Source: Caedibacter taeniospiralis (GTDB taxonomy: Bacteria > Pseudomonadota > Gammaproteobacteria > Francisellales > Francisellaceae). From it: 32,000 nucleotides of DNA. The stretch lies in assembly GCF_002803295.2 (NCBI RefSeq), contig NZ_PGGB02000011.1, forward strand, positions 7,246-39,245, written 5' to 3'. Both the position numbers and the translations under genes were made by a program. Under the pieces are notes generated by a model that was given only the letters and a program-made list of their open reading frames with translations, did no database searches and was not told where the DNA came from. Positions 1 through 9,490 of the stretch are shown piece by piece (position 1 is the stretch's first letter; each line of letters begins with the position of its first letter).

Positions 1-953
1 CTCCTGTTGGTTATTCTATCTTCTACAACATCCATTAATATATCGGTTGCATTGATTCCACTTTCATTATAAATCTGTTGAGCCATGGTTGGACTCGTTA
101 TATTAATTTCCGTTAAACGATTCCCAATGACATCAATACCTGCAAATAACACACCACTTTCTTTAAGATCTTTGCCGACGATAGCTGCTATTTCAAACTC
201 TTCAGCAGTGAGCTTTCTAACAACTGGAGTCGCACCTCGTGCTAAGTTACCGCGACTGTCATCTTTACTTGGGATACGTGCAACCAAATACTCAAGCGGT
301 TCACCATCAACAATTAAGATGCGCTTATCACCCTCTTTAATGGCTGCCTGGTACTCTTGCACCATAATAAACCGAGATTCATATCTGGTAATCGTTTCCA
401 GGATTACATTTTTATTTGGGTCATTCGGCTGAATGCGGAAAATAGACTCTCCTCCCATACCATCTAATGGTTTAACCACGACATCTTGATAGCGTTCAAT
501 AAAGTCTTTAATCACCTTAAATGAACGACTGACCATAGTTTTTGGCGTAAGATTTGGGTAACGTGTGATCGAGAATTTCTCATTGGCATCACGCAGGGTT
601 TGTGGCTTATTGATGATTAGCGCGCCTTGTTTTTCAGCTAACTCAAGGATGTAGGTAGCATAGACGAACTCCATATTAAATGGGGGATCTTTGCGCATAA
701 AGATTGCGTCAAACTCACCGAGTTTCATCTTGTCTCCAGGGGTCAACTGATACCATTTGTTATGCTCTTTTGAACCAGTTAGTATCAACTCATAACCCTG
801 TCCGTAAGCCACACCATCCTCAACAAAGATATCCTGGAGCTCGAATACATACTGCTGCCATTCCTTCTTTGCCACTGACAGCATCATCATATAAGCCGTG
901 TCTTTTTTGATGTTAAATGTATGTAATGGATCAATAATAAATGCAACTTTCAT
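1..953 (-). CDS. gshB: glutathione synthetase (ATP-grasp); 3' end runs off the window
   Basis: It is absent from the ORF track because it is open at the window edge. My translation of the minus strand from the ATG at 951-953 gives MKVAFIIDPLHTFNIKKDTAYMMMLSVAKKEW...FMRKDPPFNMEFVYATYILE...VVVKPLDGMGGESIFR...GDKRILIVDGEP...ARIPSKDDSRGNLARGA...GIDVIGNRLTEINITSPT. This is the typical GshB pattern and about 317 codons stay open to position 1. Confidence 0.85.
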   Translation of the reverse strand, partial: MKVAFIIDPLHTFNIKKDTAYMMMLSVAKKEWQQYVFELQDIFVEDGVAYGQGYELILTGSKEHNKWYQLTPGDKMKLGEFDAIFMRKDPPFNMEFVYATYILELAEKQGALIINKPQTLRDANEKFSITRYPNLTPKTMVSRSFKVIKDFIERYQDVVVKPLDGMGGESIFRIQPNDPNKNVILETITRYESRFIMVQEYQAAIKEGDKRILIVDGEPLEYLVARIPSKDDSRGNLARGATPVVRKLTAEEFEIAAIVGKDLKESGVLFAGIDVIGNRLTEINITSPTMAQQIYNESGINATDILMDVVEDRITNR

Positions 954-1067
954 TTTTTCCCCTGGTTAAGCATAAACACTGACGCTTATTCTAACACCAA
1001 CAGGCATTGATCAAAGAACTGATTACTAAACTTTTATGAAACCATCCCCTGGCAAATACGGTAGGAT

Positions 1068-1412
1068 TTACACTGAAAAAGAAGAACCACAGCCGCAAGT
1101 GGTTTTGGCATTTGGATTACGAATAATAAAATGCGCACCCTCAACATCTTCCTTGTAATCGATATCTGCACCAACAAGGTACTGAAAACTCATTGCATCC
1201 ACCAGCAGGTAGACTCCCTGGTTCTCAAAAATCATGTCATCTTCTTTTTGCGCTTCATCAAAGGTAAAGCCATACTGGAAACCAGAACAGCCACCACCTG
1301 TAATATATACGCGAAGTTTTAAATTATTACTCTCTTCTTCAGAAACGAGTTCTTTTACTTTTAAAGCAGCTGCATCAGTAAAATTCAGCGGTTGTACTTG
1401 TTGAACACTCAT
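1068..1412 (-). CDS. erpA: iron-sulfur cluster insertion protein ErpA (HesB/IscA family)
   Basis: 114 aa, with [23 protein letters not shown] and the C-terminal [16 protein letters not shown] motif. It is nearly colinear with E. coli ErpA, which is the same length. Confidence 0.9.
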   Translation of the reverse strand: MSVQQVQPLNFTDAAALKVKELVSEEESNNLKLRVYITGGGCSGFQYGFTFDEAQKEDDMIFENQGVYLLVDAMSFQYLVGADIDYKEDVEGAHFIIRNPNAKTTCGCGSSFSV

Positions 1413-1439
1413 CTTGCTTCCTTATTTTACTTTCTGGCT

Positions 1440-1468
1440 TTGACAAACTTACCACACACCTTTACAAA
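1440..1468 (+). promoter_or_regulatory. sigma70-like promoter motif TTGACA-N17-TACAAA on the plus strand, antisense to the pnp/erpA transcription direction
   Basis: TTGACA at 1440-1445, an exact 17-nt spacer, and TACAAA at 1463-1468. It lies directly upstream of the tandem repeat/hairpin at 1469-1501. There is no downstream plus-strand ORF, so function is unproven. Confidence 0.3.
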
Positions 1469-1501
1469 GGGCGTATGCAATGGGCGTATGCAATACGCCC
1501 C
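1469..1501. repeat. tandem 13-nt direct repeat (gggcgtatgcaat x2) whose second copy forms the hairpin gggcgta-tgcaa-tacgccc
   Basis: Read directly: 1469-1481 is identical to 1482-1494, followed by acgcccc. tacgccc (1494-1500) can pair with either gggcgta copy. It lies in the pnp(stop)-erpA(start) spacer. Confidence 0.8.
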
Positions 1502-1556
1502 TACTCACTTAATGCGTTTCATGGGGCGAAGACCTACTTTTTGTTTGTCATATTAC

Positions 1557-3632
1557 TTACTGCACAGGGGCAAGTTTAATCTTGCCCATACGATCAATAT
1601 TTTGCACCATGACTTTCATGTTTTTGCCTTCAGCCATCGTGTTTGGATTAACACCGATGCTCTCAAGCTCAGAAAATGGTAACAAGCCATCTTTTCCTGG
1701 CAGGATATTAACAAACGCACCAAAATCCAGGACTTTTACCACTTTACCATTATACGTCTGACCAACTTCGGCACTCGCTGTTAATGCCATAATCTCCTCA
1801 ATGGCGGCATTCAGTGCATCTTTGCTTCTTGCGAAAATTTTCACTTCACCATTGTCTGAAGTATCTATGGATGCTCCCGTTTTTTCAGTAATGCCTTTTA
1901 TGGTAACGCCACCTTTACCGATCACATCACGAATTTTACTTGGATCAATGGTAATAACTTCCACTTGAGGTGCATTATTTGAGGTTTCTAATTTATATTC
2001 AGATATCACTTCATTCATAATGCCCAAAATATGTAAGCGCCCTTCTTTGGCCTGATCCAAAGCTGCCTGCATGATCTTACGCGTAATACCCTTGATCTTG
2101 ATGTCCATTTGAAGGGCGGTGACACCATAACGCGTTCCAGCCACTTTAAAGTCCATATCGCCCAGATGATCTTCGTCACCCAGAATATCTGACAACACCG
2201 CGTACTTATCACCATCTTTAATAAGTCCCATGGCAATACCCGCAACAGGAGCAGCCAACGGAATACCTGCATCCATCATTGCTAAGGATGAACCACAAAC
2301 AGTGGCCATTGAGCTTGAACCATTTGACTCGGTAATTTCTGATACGACACGCACCACATAAGGATAAATTTCTTCGTTAGGGAAAACCGCTTGGGTTGCG
2401 CGTTTTGCCAGATTCGCATGCCCGATCTCACGACGTTTAGGTGTACCTATCATGCCCGTTTCACCCACTGAGAATGGGGGAAAATTGTAATGCAGCATGT
2501 AACGATTTTTCTTATCACCACTTAAAGTTTCAACTAACTGCGCATCGCGATCATTGCCTAAGGTTGCAACCACGAGAGCCTGTGTTTCGCCACGCGTAAA
2601 TAATGCAGATCCATGCGCCTTTGGCAATACCCCCGTGCGCACATTAATGGGTCTTACGGTACGCGTATCGCGTCCATCAATTCTTGGCAAACCACTTAAA
2701 ATGTTTTTGCGTACAACCTCTCTTTCGATGTCGTGGAAAATGCTTTTTATCTCTTCAACGGAAACTTCTTCGGACTCAGTTTCATCAGCGACAATCGTTT
2801 CAACCACCGTTTTTCTTAAATTATTGATCAACTCAACCCGTTTTTGTTTTTCGGTTTCTTGATATGCTGTTTTAATTTCACTATAGAAACGTGCTTTAAT
2901 CTGCTCGTTTAACGCCTTATTTTCGACCTTAGGCGTAAAACTCCAACGAGGCTTTGCTGCATACTTCGCCAAGTGATTAATCGCATCAATCACTACTTGC
3001 ATTTGTTGGTGACCGTATAACACAGCACCAAGCATGACCTCCTCTGGCAAGCTTTTCGCTTCCGATTCAACCATTAAGACAGCATCTTTAGTTCCTGCAA
3101 CAACCAAATCTAAGTCTGAAATCTCTAATTTGGCAAAGGAAGGGTTGATGACATACTGCCCATCAATAAAACCAACACGCACACCTGCTACGGGTCCCTC
3201 AAACGGCACTCCCGATAATACCAGCGAAGCCGAAGCACCGATCAGCGCTGGAATATCAGGGGGAACCTCAGGATCAAAGGATAACACGGTCGCTACAATC
3301 TGAACTTCATTATAAAAACCTTCAGGAAACAACGGTCGCAGTGGGCGGTCAATCAACCGAGCCGTCAATGTTTCATGCTCAGTTGGACGTCCTTCGCGAC
3401 GAGGAAAACCACCAGGAATCTTACCTGCTGCATACGACTTCTCTTGGTAATTCACTTTCAATGGGAAGAAATCAATACCTTGTTTAGCCTCTTTTTGCGC
3501 AGCAGTTGTTACTAATACAACGGTATCACCCACGGTAACCACCACGGATCCTGCGGCTTGACGCGCCATTGCACCTGTTTCTAAAGTTACCTGATGTTGT
3601 CCTAACTGAAAGACTTCTTTAAATATTTTCAC
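1557..3632 (-). CDS. pnp: polyribonucleotide nucleotidyltransferase (PNPase)
   Basis: 691 aa with two RNase PH domains plus KH and S1 tails ([15 protein letters not shown]..., [28 protein letters not shown]). It sits immediately downstream of rpsO, the conserved arrangement. Confidence 0.97.
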   Translation of the reverse strand: MKIFKEVFQLGQHQVTLETGAMARQAAGSVVVTVGDTVVLVTTAAQKEAKQGIDFFPLKVNYQEKSYAAGKIPGGFPRREGRPTEHETLTARLIDRPLRPLFPEGFYNEVQIVATVLSFDPEVPPDIPALIGASASLVLSGVPFEGPVAGVRVGFIDGQYVINPSFAKLEISDLDLVVAGTKDAVLMVESEAKSLPEEVMLGAVLYGHQQMQVVIDAINHLAKYAAKPRWSFTPKVENKALNEQIKARFYSEIKTAYQETEKQKRVELINNLRKTVVETIVADETESEEVSVEEIKSIFHDIEREVVRKNILSGLPRIDGRDTRTVRPINVRTGVLPKAHGSALFTRGETQALVVATLGNDRDAQLVETLSGDKKNRYMLHYNFPPFSVGETGMIGTPKRREIGHANLAKRATQAVFPNEEIYPYVVRVVSEITESNGSSSMATVCGSSLAMMDAGIPLAAPVAGIAMGLIKDGDKYAVLSDILGDEDHLGDMDFKVAGTRYGVTALQMDIKIKGITRKIMQAALDQAKEGRLHILGIMNEVISEYKLETSNNAPQVEVITIDPSKIRDVIGKGGVTIKGITEKTGASIDTSDNGEVKIFARSKDALNAAIEEIMALTASAEVGQTYNGKVVKVLDFGAFVNILPGKDGLLPFSELESIGVNPNTMAEGKNMKVMVQNIDRMGKIKLAPVQ

Positions 3633-3669
3633 TTGTTTGCCTTATTATCATTGTTTTGCGGTGTGTCGC

Positions 3670-3697
3670 GCGCTTAAACTATCCGATTCTCAAGCGC
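3670..3697 (-). promoter_or_regulatory. rpsO-pnp intercistronic stem-loop (attenuator/processing-type hairpin, no U-tract)
   Basis: On the minus strand, directly after the rpsO stop, is gcgcttga-(12 nt)-ttaagcgc, an 8-bp stem including one G.U pair. The position matches the known rpsO terminator/pnp leader region of enterobacteria. No T-run follows, so it is not a canonical intrinsic terminator. Confidence 0.4.
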
Positions 3698-3698
3698 A

Positions 3699-3965
3699 CT
3701 ATCTACGTAAACTTAAGCGCTCAATCAAGACGCGATAACGCGCGATGTCTTTGCTTTTTAGATAGTCTAAAAGCTTGCGGCGTTGGCTGACCAGACGCAA
3801 TAAGCCTCGTCTTGAGTGGAAATCCTGCTTGTGCGTCTCAAAATGACCTTGAAGACCCTCAATGCGAGCCGTCAATAACGCAACTTGTACTTCTGGTGAG
3901 CCTGTATCGCCTTCTGAACGCTGATATTCAGTCACGATCGATTGTTTGTGCTCGGTGCTTAACAT
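3699..3965 (-). CDS. rpsO: 30S ribosomal protein S15
   Basis: 88 aa, with ...[52 protein letters not shown], the canonical S15 sequence. Confidence 0.97.
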   Translation of the reverse strand: MLSTEHKQSIVTEYQRSEGDTGSPEVQVALLTARIEGLQGHFETHKQDFHSRRGLLRLVSQRRKLLDYLKSKDIARYRVLIERLSLRR

Positions 3966-4107
3966 ATTATTTTCTCCTAAATTTTATTTCTTTTGTTAAA
4001 CTTCCCATAAAGATACTGAACAAATTTGAAATTTATCCAAACATCACGACAGTTTAGCAGCGCCGTATAATACATGCTTTTTAGAGAAACAACAAGCAAG
4101 CCAAAGC

Positions 4108-4761
4108 TTATTTTTTCCCAACTGAGTACTTTTGTTGGTACACTTTCATACGCTCAAGCAACTGTAATTCAATTTGTCCATTAAGCTTAAGATATTCAAT
4201 TAAATCACTTAGATTTGCCACCGCGTGTACAGGAAACTGATATTCCTCTTCGACCATTTTAACTGCTGAAAGCGCTTGATTTGGCGCAATTTCCTGGCGA
4301 TCCAATGCAACACAAACACCAACCACCTGTCCACCTTGCACCCCGATAACATTGATTGCCTCTTTGATTGCAGTCCCTGCGGTAATCACGTCATCTATGA
4401 TTAGTACTTTTTTATCCTTAATGTCAGCTCCAACTAAAGCCCCACCTTCACCGTGATCCTTTTTCTCTTTGCGGTTATAACAAAAACCGACATTTTTACC
4501 GTACTTGCTGTATAAAATCGATGCCACCAAAGCAGCCAGTGAAATTCCTTTGTAAGCAGGACCAAACAACACATGAAACTCAGCATTGACTGATATAATT
4601 TTAGCGGCGTAGCATTCAGCCAGCTGGTGTAAGGTTTTTCCTTGGTTGAACATGCCTGCATTAAAAAAGTAAGGGCTGATTCGCCCTGACTTCAATATAA
4701 ACTCACCAAATTTGAGGGCTGAGGCTTCAATGGCAGCATCAAAAAAACGATAATCTTTCAT
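4108..4761 (-). CDS. pyrE: orotate phosphoribosyltransferase
   Basis: 217 aa with FGEFILKSGRISPYFFNAG, GPAYKGI and the PRPP-binding motif VLIIDDVITAGTA. Confidence 0.93.
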   Translation of the reverse strand: MKDYRFFDAAIEASALKFGEFILKSGRISPYFFNAGMFNQGKTLHQLAECYAAKIISVNAEFHVLFGPAYKGISLAALVASILYSKYGKNVGFCYNRKEKKDHGEGGALVGADIKDKKVLIIDDVITAGTAIKEAINVIGVQGGQVVGVCVALDRQEIAPNQALSAVKMVEEEYQFPVHAVANLSDLIEYLKLNGQIELQLLERMKVYQQKYSVGKK

Positions 4762-4851
4762 ACCTATTTAACTACTTCACTTGGGTTAAAGTGGCATTAC
4801 TATATATCACCCACGAGCGATTTTATAGTTGATTTTTTAGCGACGTGTAGC

Positions 4852-6675
4852 TTATCTAAAAGCATGCCAAATTTGATCGGCAATCTGTTTACTGATACCC
4901 TTGATTTTTGCGATTTCATCCACGGATGCCGCCGATAACTCCTGCCAGCCACCAAAGTGACGAAGTAGTGCTTGCCTTCGCTTACTACCAACCCCTGGAA
5001 TTGATTCTAATATTGATTCAGTCTGTCGTTTGGCAAGCTTTTTACGTTGAGCTTTAATCGCAAAATCGTGTGCGGCATCTCTGATTTGTCTTAGTAACAG
5101 AAAACCTGGATCATATTCTGGCAGGTGGTAAACATGATCATCAAAGCCAAGAAATATATCTTCCTTGCCACTGATCCGCTCTACGCCTTTGCCAAGACTG
5201 ACAAGTTGAATTCGCTCTTTTAAATTTTGTTGAATCATAACCTCTTGTGCTTTTCTTAGCTGCCCCTTACCACCGTCAATCACCATTACATCAGGCAGGT
5301 TATTTGCCTCCATCCCCGACTCAATCCGTCTTGTGACCGCCTGGGCAATGGCTGCATAATCATCCCCTGGCGTAATATTGTTGATGTTATAACGCCGATA
5401 AGCTGACTTTAGTGGTCCTGACTCATTAAAAACAACACAGGATGCTATCGTCGCCTCTCCCTGATGATGACTAATATCAAAACACTCAATGCGTTTTATC
5501 TCTGATTTATTAAGCCATTTTGCTAAAGCCACCATCCGCTCAGTAAATTGCTTTTTAGTATGAAAATTCATTTGTAATTTTTGTCGGGCGTTAACCATTG
5601 CAAGCTTTTGCCATTTGGCATTATCTGTACTAACCACATCTATCCACTTAATCTGACTGTCTGCCTTTTGATTAATGCTACTCAACAATTCTTTGGAAAT
5701 AGCAATATCCTTAGGCACGATAACTTCTTTTGGCCACAGGGTGCGAAACTCTGCCAGGTAATAGTGTGATAGGAAAGCATTAAGAATTTCAGCCTGTGAG
5801 TTTCCTTCAACCGTAACAAACCAGTGTTTATCATCCTCCACTTTCCCTTGCTGGATGCTTAATAAGCTAATACAGATTTTCTCTGACTCTTGCACTAAAC
5901 CAATAACATGGAAATTTTTATTGTTTGTCTTATCTAAAAACTGCTGCTGTTGTAGCTTTGTCAATAATATAAGCTGATCCCTTAGCTGACTTGCTTCCTC
6001 GAAAAGTTCATACTCAGAAGCCAGCTGCATTTTCTGTGAGACAGTCTCCAACACCGAGGTTAATTTACCGCTAATAAACTTTACCAATAAATCAACCTGT
6101 AATTTATATGCCTCTGGCGTAATTTTTCCGACACAAGGAGCACTGCAGCGCTTTATCTGATACTGCAGGCACGGGCGTGAACGGTTGCTATAGTAGCTAT
6201 CGTCACATTGCCTGATGGGAAATAATTTTTGCAATAAAACCAGCGTATCCTTCATCGATGACAATGATACATAAGGACCAAAGTAGAGTCCATTTTTGCG
6301 TGGCTTACCACGAAATCCAGTCAACCTTGGAAAGGTATGATCTGTCAGATGTAAATAAGGGTAGCTTTTGTCATCTTTGAATAAGATATTGTACTTGGGT
6401 TTATGCTTCTTAATTAATGTACTTTCCAGCAAAAACGCATCGTAATCACTTGGTGTCACGGTGACGTCAATAAAAGCAACCTGCTGAGCTAAAGTCTGCG
6501 TTTTAAGATCCTTAGCCCCTTTACTGAAGTAACTGTTGACGCGCTTATATAAATTCTTTGCTTTTCCAACGTATAAGATAGTATGTGCCTTATCATACAT
6601 GCGATACACGCCGGGATGTGTTGTAAGATTTTCCAAAAAAGAGACTAGATCAAAGGTGTCTTGCGTATTGAACAT
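4852..6675 (-). CDS. uvrC: excinuclease ABC subunit C
   Basis: 607 aa with an N-terminal GIY-YIG domain (PGVYRMYD...ILYVGKAKNLYKRVNSYF), a UVR domain, an endonuclease V-like domain and a C-terminal (HhH)2 (IPGVGSKRRQALLRHFG). It lies directly downstream of gacA, as in many gammaproteobacteria. Confidence 0.96.
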   Translation of the reverse strand: MFNTQDTFDLVSFLENLTTHPGVYRMYDKAHTILYVGKAKNLYKRVNSYFSKGAKDLKTQTLAQQVAFIDVTVTPSDYDAFLLESTLIKKHKPKYNILFKDDKSYPYLHLTDHTFPRLTGFRGKPRKNGLYFGPYVSLSSMKDTLVLLQKLFPIRQCDDSYYSNRSRPCLQYQIKRCSAPCVGKITPEAYKLQVDLLVKFISGKLTSVLETVSQKMQLASEYELFEEASQLRDQLILLTKLQQQQFLDKTNNKNFHVIGLVQESEKICISLLSIQQGKVEDDKHWFVTVEGNSQAEILNAFLSHYYLAEFRTLWPKEVIVPKDIAISKELLSSINQKADSQIKWIDVVSTDNAKWQKLAMVNARQKLQMNFHTKKQFTERMVALAKWLNKSEIKRIECFDISHHQGEATIASCVVFNESGPLKSAYRRYNINNITPGDDYAAIAQAVTRRIESGMEANNLPDVMVIDGGKGQLRKAQEVMIQQNLKERIQLVSLGKGVERISGKEDIFLGFDDHVYHLPEYDPGFLLLRQIRDAAHDFAIKAQRKKLAKRQTESILESIPGVGSKRRQALLRHFGGWQELSAASVDEIAKIKGISKQIADQIWHAFR

Positions 6676-6708
6676 GATAAGTTGTTATGATAGGAAACAA
6701 GTGGGTCT

Positions 6709-7359
6709 TTACCCTTGATTGCTTTCAAGATCTATGAGTTTATGCCGAATGGCTAAGTGTGTCAGCTCCACATCACTATCGATACCCAGCTTTTCAAACA
6801 AACGGTAACGATAACTATTGACCGTTTTGGGACTCAAACACAACTGATCTGCCACATCATTTACTTTTTGACCGCTAGTGATCATGATTAACACCTGCAT
6901 CTCACGCTCAGAGAGCGCATCAAACGGCGACTCATCGCTGTGGGTCAAATGTTTTAACGCAAGCTGTTGTGCAACTTCAGGCGAAAGATAGCGCCGCCCT
7001 GCATACACGGTTTTAATTGCCTGGATCATTTCATCCAAACTGGCACCCTTGGTCATATATCCACAAGCTCCAGCCTGCAACACACGACTTGGATAAGGCT
7101 CATCACCGTACACAGTAACCACTAATATTTTAATTTGAGGATAAACCTTGGCAATGCGCTTTGTCGCCTCTAAACCGCCCATTCCAGGCATTTTAACATC
7201 CATTAAAACAACATCTGGTAAGAGCCTTGACGCCAATGAAATTGCTTCTTCCCCACTGGCGGCTTCGCCAATAATCTCAATGGTATTAACATCGCTTAAC
7301 AGTTTTTTTATCCCTAGCCTCACTAATTCATGATCATCAACCAAAAGCACTCTTATCAT
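6709..7359 (-). CDS. gacA: two-component response regulator, GacA/UvrY/LetA family (REC + LuxR-type HTH)
   Basis: MIRVLLVDDHELVRLGIKKLL...DVVLMDVKMPGMGG...LSEREMQVLIMITSGQKVNDVADQLCLSPKTVNSYRYRLFEKLG. I chose the ATG at 7357-7359 because AGGAG lies 7 nt upstream. The ORF-track start at 7410 adds 17 residues not found in this family. Confidence 0.9.
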   Translation of the reverse strand: MIRVLLVDDHELVRLGIKKLLSDVNTIEIIGEAASGEEAISLASRLLPDVVLMDVKMPGMGGLEATKRIAKVYPQIKILVVTVYGDEPYPSRVLQAGACGYMTKGASLDEMIQAIKTVYAGRRYLSPEVAQQLALKHLTHSDESPFDALSEREMQVLIMITSGQKVNDVADQLCLSPKTVNSYRYRLFEKLGIDSDVELTHLAIRHKLIDLESNQG

Positions 7360-7617
7360 TACATTGCTCCTATGTGTTAAGTCTATCTCCCAAGCCATAT
7401 ACGCGCTCACTGTCTAATGGCACTATCCATTTTTTCTCAAGGGTTATTCAGCAAAATCCTCAAGTCTATGTGCGCTAATGCGTGTTTCATTTGTGAGATT
7501 TCGCCCACAGTATAAACCAAAAACCCCCGCGATGCTGTAGAGATTTAGGCTTATTTTGCTTGTATTTCTGCTTTTTATTTGTAAGATGAGGCATTTACTA
7601 CATGGCAACCTCCGTAA

Positions 7618-8775
7618 ATGATTACGAATAATCAGGATTTGTGTACACTCGTTTTACAATTAATGCAGGAAAAAGTCATTGCACTTGATACCGAGTTTTA
7701 TTGGCGAAACACCTATTATCCTGAGCTATGCCTCATTCAGATAGCAACTGCTGACAATATCTACCTGATTGATCCCTTATCAAAGGAGCTTGACCTGAAC
7801 CTGCTGTGCCCTTTGTTTGCAAGCACCAACACGCTAAAAATTATGCACGCAGCGGAAAATGACATCAAAATTCTAAAGCATTGTTTAAGCTGTCAGTTCC
7901 AAGCGGTTTTTGATACACAAATAGCCATGGCATTTTTAGGACATGATCATCAGTTGTCCTTAGCACACACGCTAGCGTACTGTGGTTTTGGCGAGCTTAG
8001 TAAAGCTCATAAGTTATCAGACTGGCGCTACAGACCATTATCTGAGTCACAATTAAAGTATGCCCAAGGTGATGTTGCTCACTTAATTGCATGTCAGTCA
8101 TTACTCAATAACCAGCTTAAAAACACACCCTGGCTTGATGCCTTTTATCAAGAGATGGACATTATTCAACGTACTCAGTTTACTCATATCCGTGAGGCAC
8201 CCTATAAATTTAAACATCAACTAGCTCGCCTTAACCCTGACGCCCAAAAAAATCTCATCCTGTTGGCTATCTGGCGTGAACAATACGCACAACATAAAAA
8301 CAGAGTAACCCGCTATATTTTATCCGACCAGGAACTGATTAAGATTGCCAAACTCAATCCTCAGGATATTCAATCTCTTAGCAAAGATAAGTTACTTTCT
8401 CATAGTAAGATCCAGCGCCTTGGTCTTAGCATTATCCAAGCCCTTCATGCAACACAGCAAACACCTGAAGTTTCAGATTATACGGAAACACACAACTTTA
8501 AAATCAGCACCGCCCTCCTTCACTGCTGTTTTGATTATTTAAATAACCTTGCCACAGAGTTTAACTTACCGCTTGCACTAATTGCCTCAAAACATGACCT
8601 TAAGAAATTTCTGTATATGAAGATCGCCAAAGCGGAGAATACTCCCACATCAAAACTTGGCACTGGATGGCGACTTCAGCACTTTGGTCATGCAATTTAT
8701 GAATTTGCCCAGTGCCAACCTGAATTTTTTATTTTACCAAACAGCCTTTCTGAAAATGAGAAATTTGACGACTAA
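7618..8775 (+). CDS. rnd: ribonuclease D (DEDD 3'-5' exonuclease + HRDC)
   Basis: 385 aa with the ALDTEF (ExoI), HAAENDIKIL (ExoII) and YAQGDVAHL (ExoIII) motifs, followed by an HRDC-like region (ILSDQELIKIAKLNPQ). Confidence 0.85.
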   Translation: MITNNQDLCTLVLQLMQEKVIALDTEFYWRNTYYPELCLIQIATADNIYLIDPLSKELDLNLLCPLFASTNTLKIMHAAENDIKILKHCLSCQFQAVFDTQIAMAFLGHDHQLSLAHTLAYCGFGELSKAHKLSDWRYRPLSESQLKYAQGDVAHLIACQSLLNNQLKNTPWLDAFYQEMDIIQRTQFTHIREAPYKFKHQLARLNPDAQKNLILLAIWREQYAQHKNRVTRYILSDQELIKIAKLNPQDIQSLSKDKLLSHSKIQRLGLSIIQALHATQQTPEVSDYTETHNFKISTALLHCCFDYLNNLATEFNLPLALIASKHDLKKFLYMKIAKAENTPTSKLGTGWRLQHFGHAIYEFAQCQPEFFILPNSLSENEKFDD

Positions 8776-8781
8776 GGTGCT

Positions 8782-9489
8782 CTATAACGCCAGACCAATG
8801 CGCCTGGCAACCTCTTTATAATGTCCAATGACATCACCTAAGTCTTGACGAAAACGGTCTTTATCAAAGACTTCCCTGGTTTTCCTGTCCCACAACCTGC
8901 AGCCATCTGGACTAAATTCATCGCCTAGTAGAATTTCATCATGAAAGCGACCAAATTCAAGCTTATAGTCAACCAGTAACAATCCAGAATCATCGAAGAG
9001 TTTAGATAATACTTCATTTACTTTGAATGTTGTTTTACGCATAAAGGCAATTTCAGACTCGCTCGCCCAGTTAAAAGCCAAAATATGTGATGTGTTGATC
9101 ATAGGATCACCCAAGGCGTCATCTTTTAGGAAAAACTCAAATATGGGCTCCACAAATTTCATGCCTTTTTCAATTCCTAAACGTTTGCAAATACCCCCTG
9201 CAGCATAATTACGCACGACGCACTCAACAGGGATCATCTTAAGCTTCTTCATAAGGCTTTCATTGTCGCTCAAGATTTTAACAAAGTGCGTTTTAACTCC
9301 TGCTTCCTCAAGCTTTTGCATAATATAGGCATTAAATAAATTATTAACCCGTCCTTTGTCTACCAAGCTCGCTTTTTTTACTCCATTAAAAGCCGTTGCA
9401 TCATCACGATATTCAATAACCACTTCATCCTGATGATCGCTACTGTAGACCGATTTTGCTTTTCCTTGGTATATAAGCTCTTTAACCAT
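8782..9489 (-). CDS. purC: phosphoribosylaminoimidazole-succinocarboxamide (SAICAR) synthase
   Basis: 235 aa with YQGKAKSVY, DDATAFNG, IPVECVVRNYAAG and LLLVDYKLEFG. Confidence 0.95.
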   Translation of the reverse strand: MVKELIYQGKAKSVYSSDHQDEVVIEYRDDATAFNGVKKASLVDKGRVNNLFNAYIMQKLEEAGVKTHFVKILSDNESLMKKLKMIPVECVVRNYAAGGICKRLGIEKGMKFVEPIFEFFLKDDALGDPMINTSHILAFNWASESEIAFMRKTTFKVNEVLSKLFDDSGLLLVDYKLEFGRFHDEILLGDEFSPDGCRLWDRKTREVFDKDRFRQDLGDVIGHYKEVARRIGLAL

Positions 9490-9490
9490 C

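Noticed and set aside
85-432. Many 60-130-aa ORFs in the track lie antisense to or nested within the genes called above. Examples are 85-432, 704-910, 1131-1322, 1392-1682, 2015-2272, 2554-2862, 3034-3303, 3812-4057, 4434-4661, 4800-4991, 5581-5769, 6536-6718, 7148-7333, 8345-8542, 9023-9208, 9707-10027, 11522-11734, 11753-11938, 12069-12287, 12555-12770, 12574-12852, 13143-13349, 13395-13649, 14167-14376, 14655-14981, 15723-15959, 16559-16756, 17858-18085, 20500-20682, 23899-24162, 24022-24243, 25461-25649, 26756-27139, 29387-29624, 29533-29814 and 31543-31797.
   Set aside because: Each overlaps a long ORF with clear family signatures on the other strand or in another frame. Their translations are low-complexity or compositionally odd (Ser/Thr/Pro/Cys-rich) with no motifs. 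They are typical shadow ORFs.
2141-2152. ccactttaaagt, 12 of the 14 nt of the shared palindrome core, occurs inside pnp.
   Set aside because: It lies in conserved coding sequence (minus strand DFKVAG) and lacks the palindromic completion. It is most likely coincidence. It does temper the significance of the 14-mer shared between 14084-14101 and 23747-23790.
7360-7410. A 17-residue N-terminal extension of the GacA/LetA response regulator (ORF-track start at 7410).
   Set aside because: The family starts at M-I/K-R-V-L-I/L-VDDH. The internal ATG at 7357-7359 has an AGGAG 7 nt upstream, and the extension has no homology pattern.
7588-7606. tgtaagatgaggcatttac upstream of rnd/gacA as a possible Pseudomonas-type GacA box (TGTAAG-N6-CTTACA).
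   Set aside because: The right half-site does not match (catttac versus cttaca) and the spacing is wrong.
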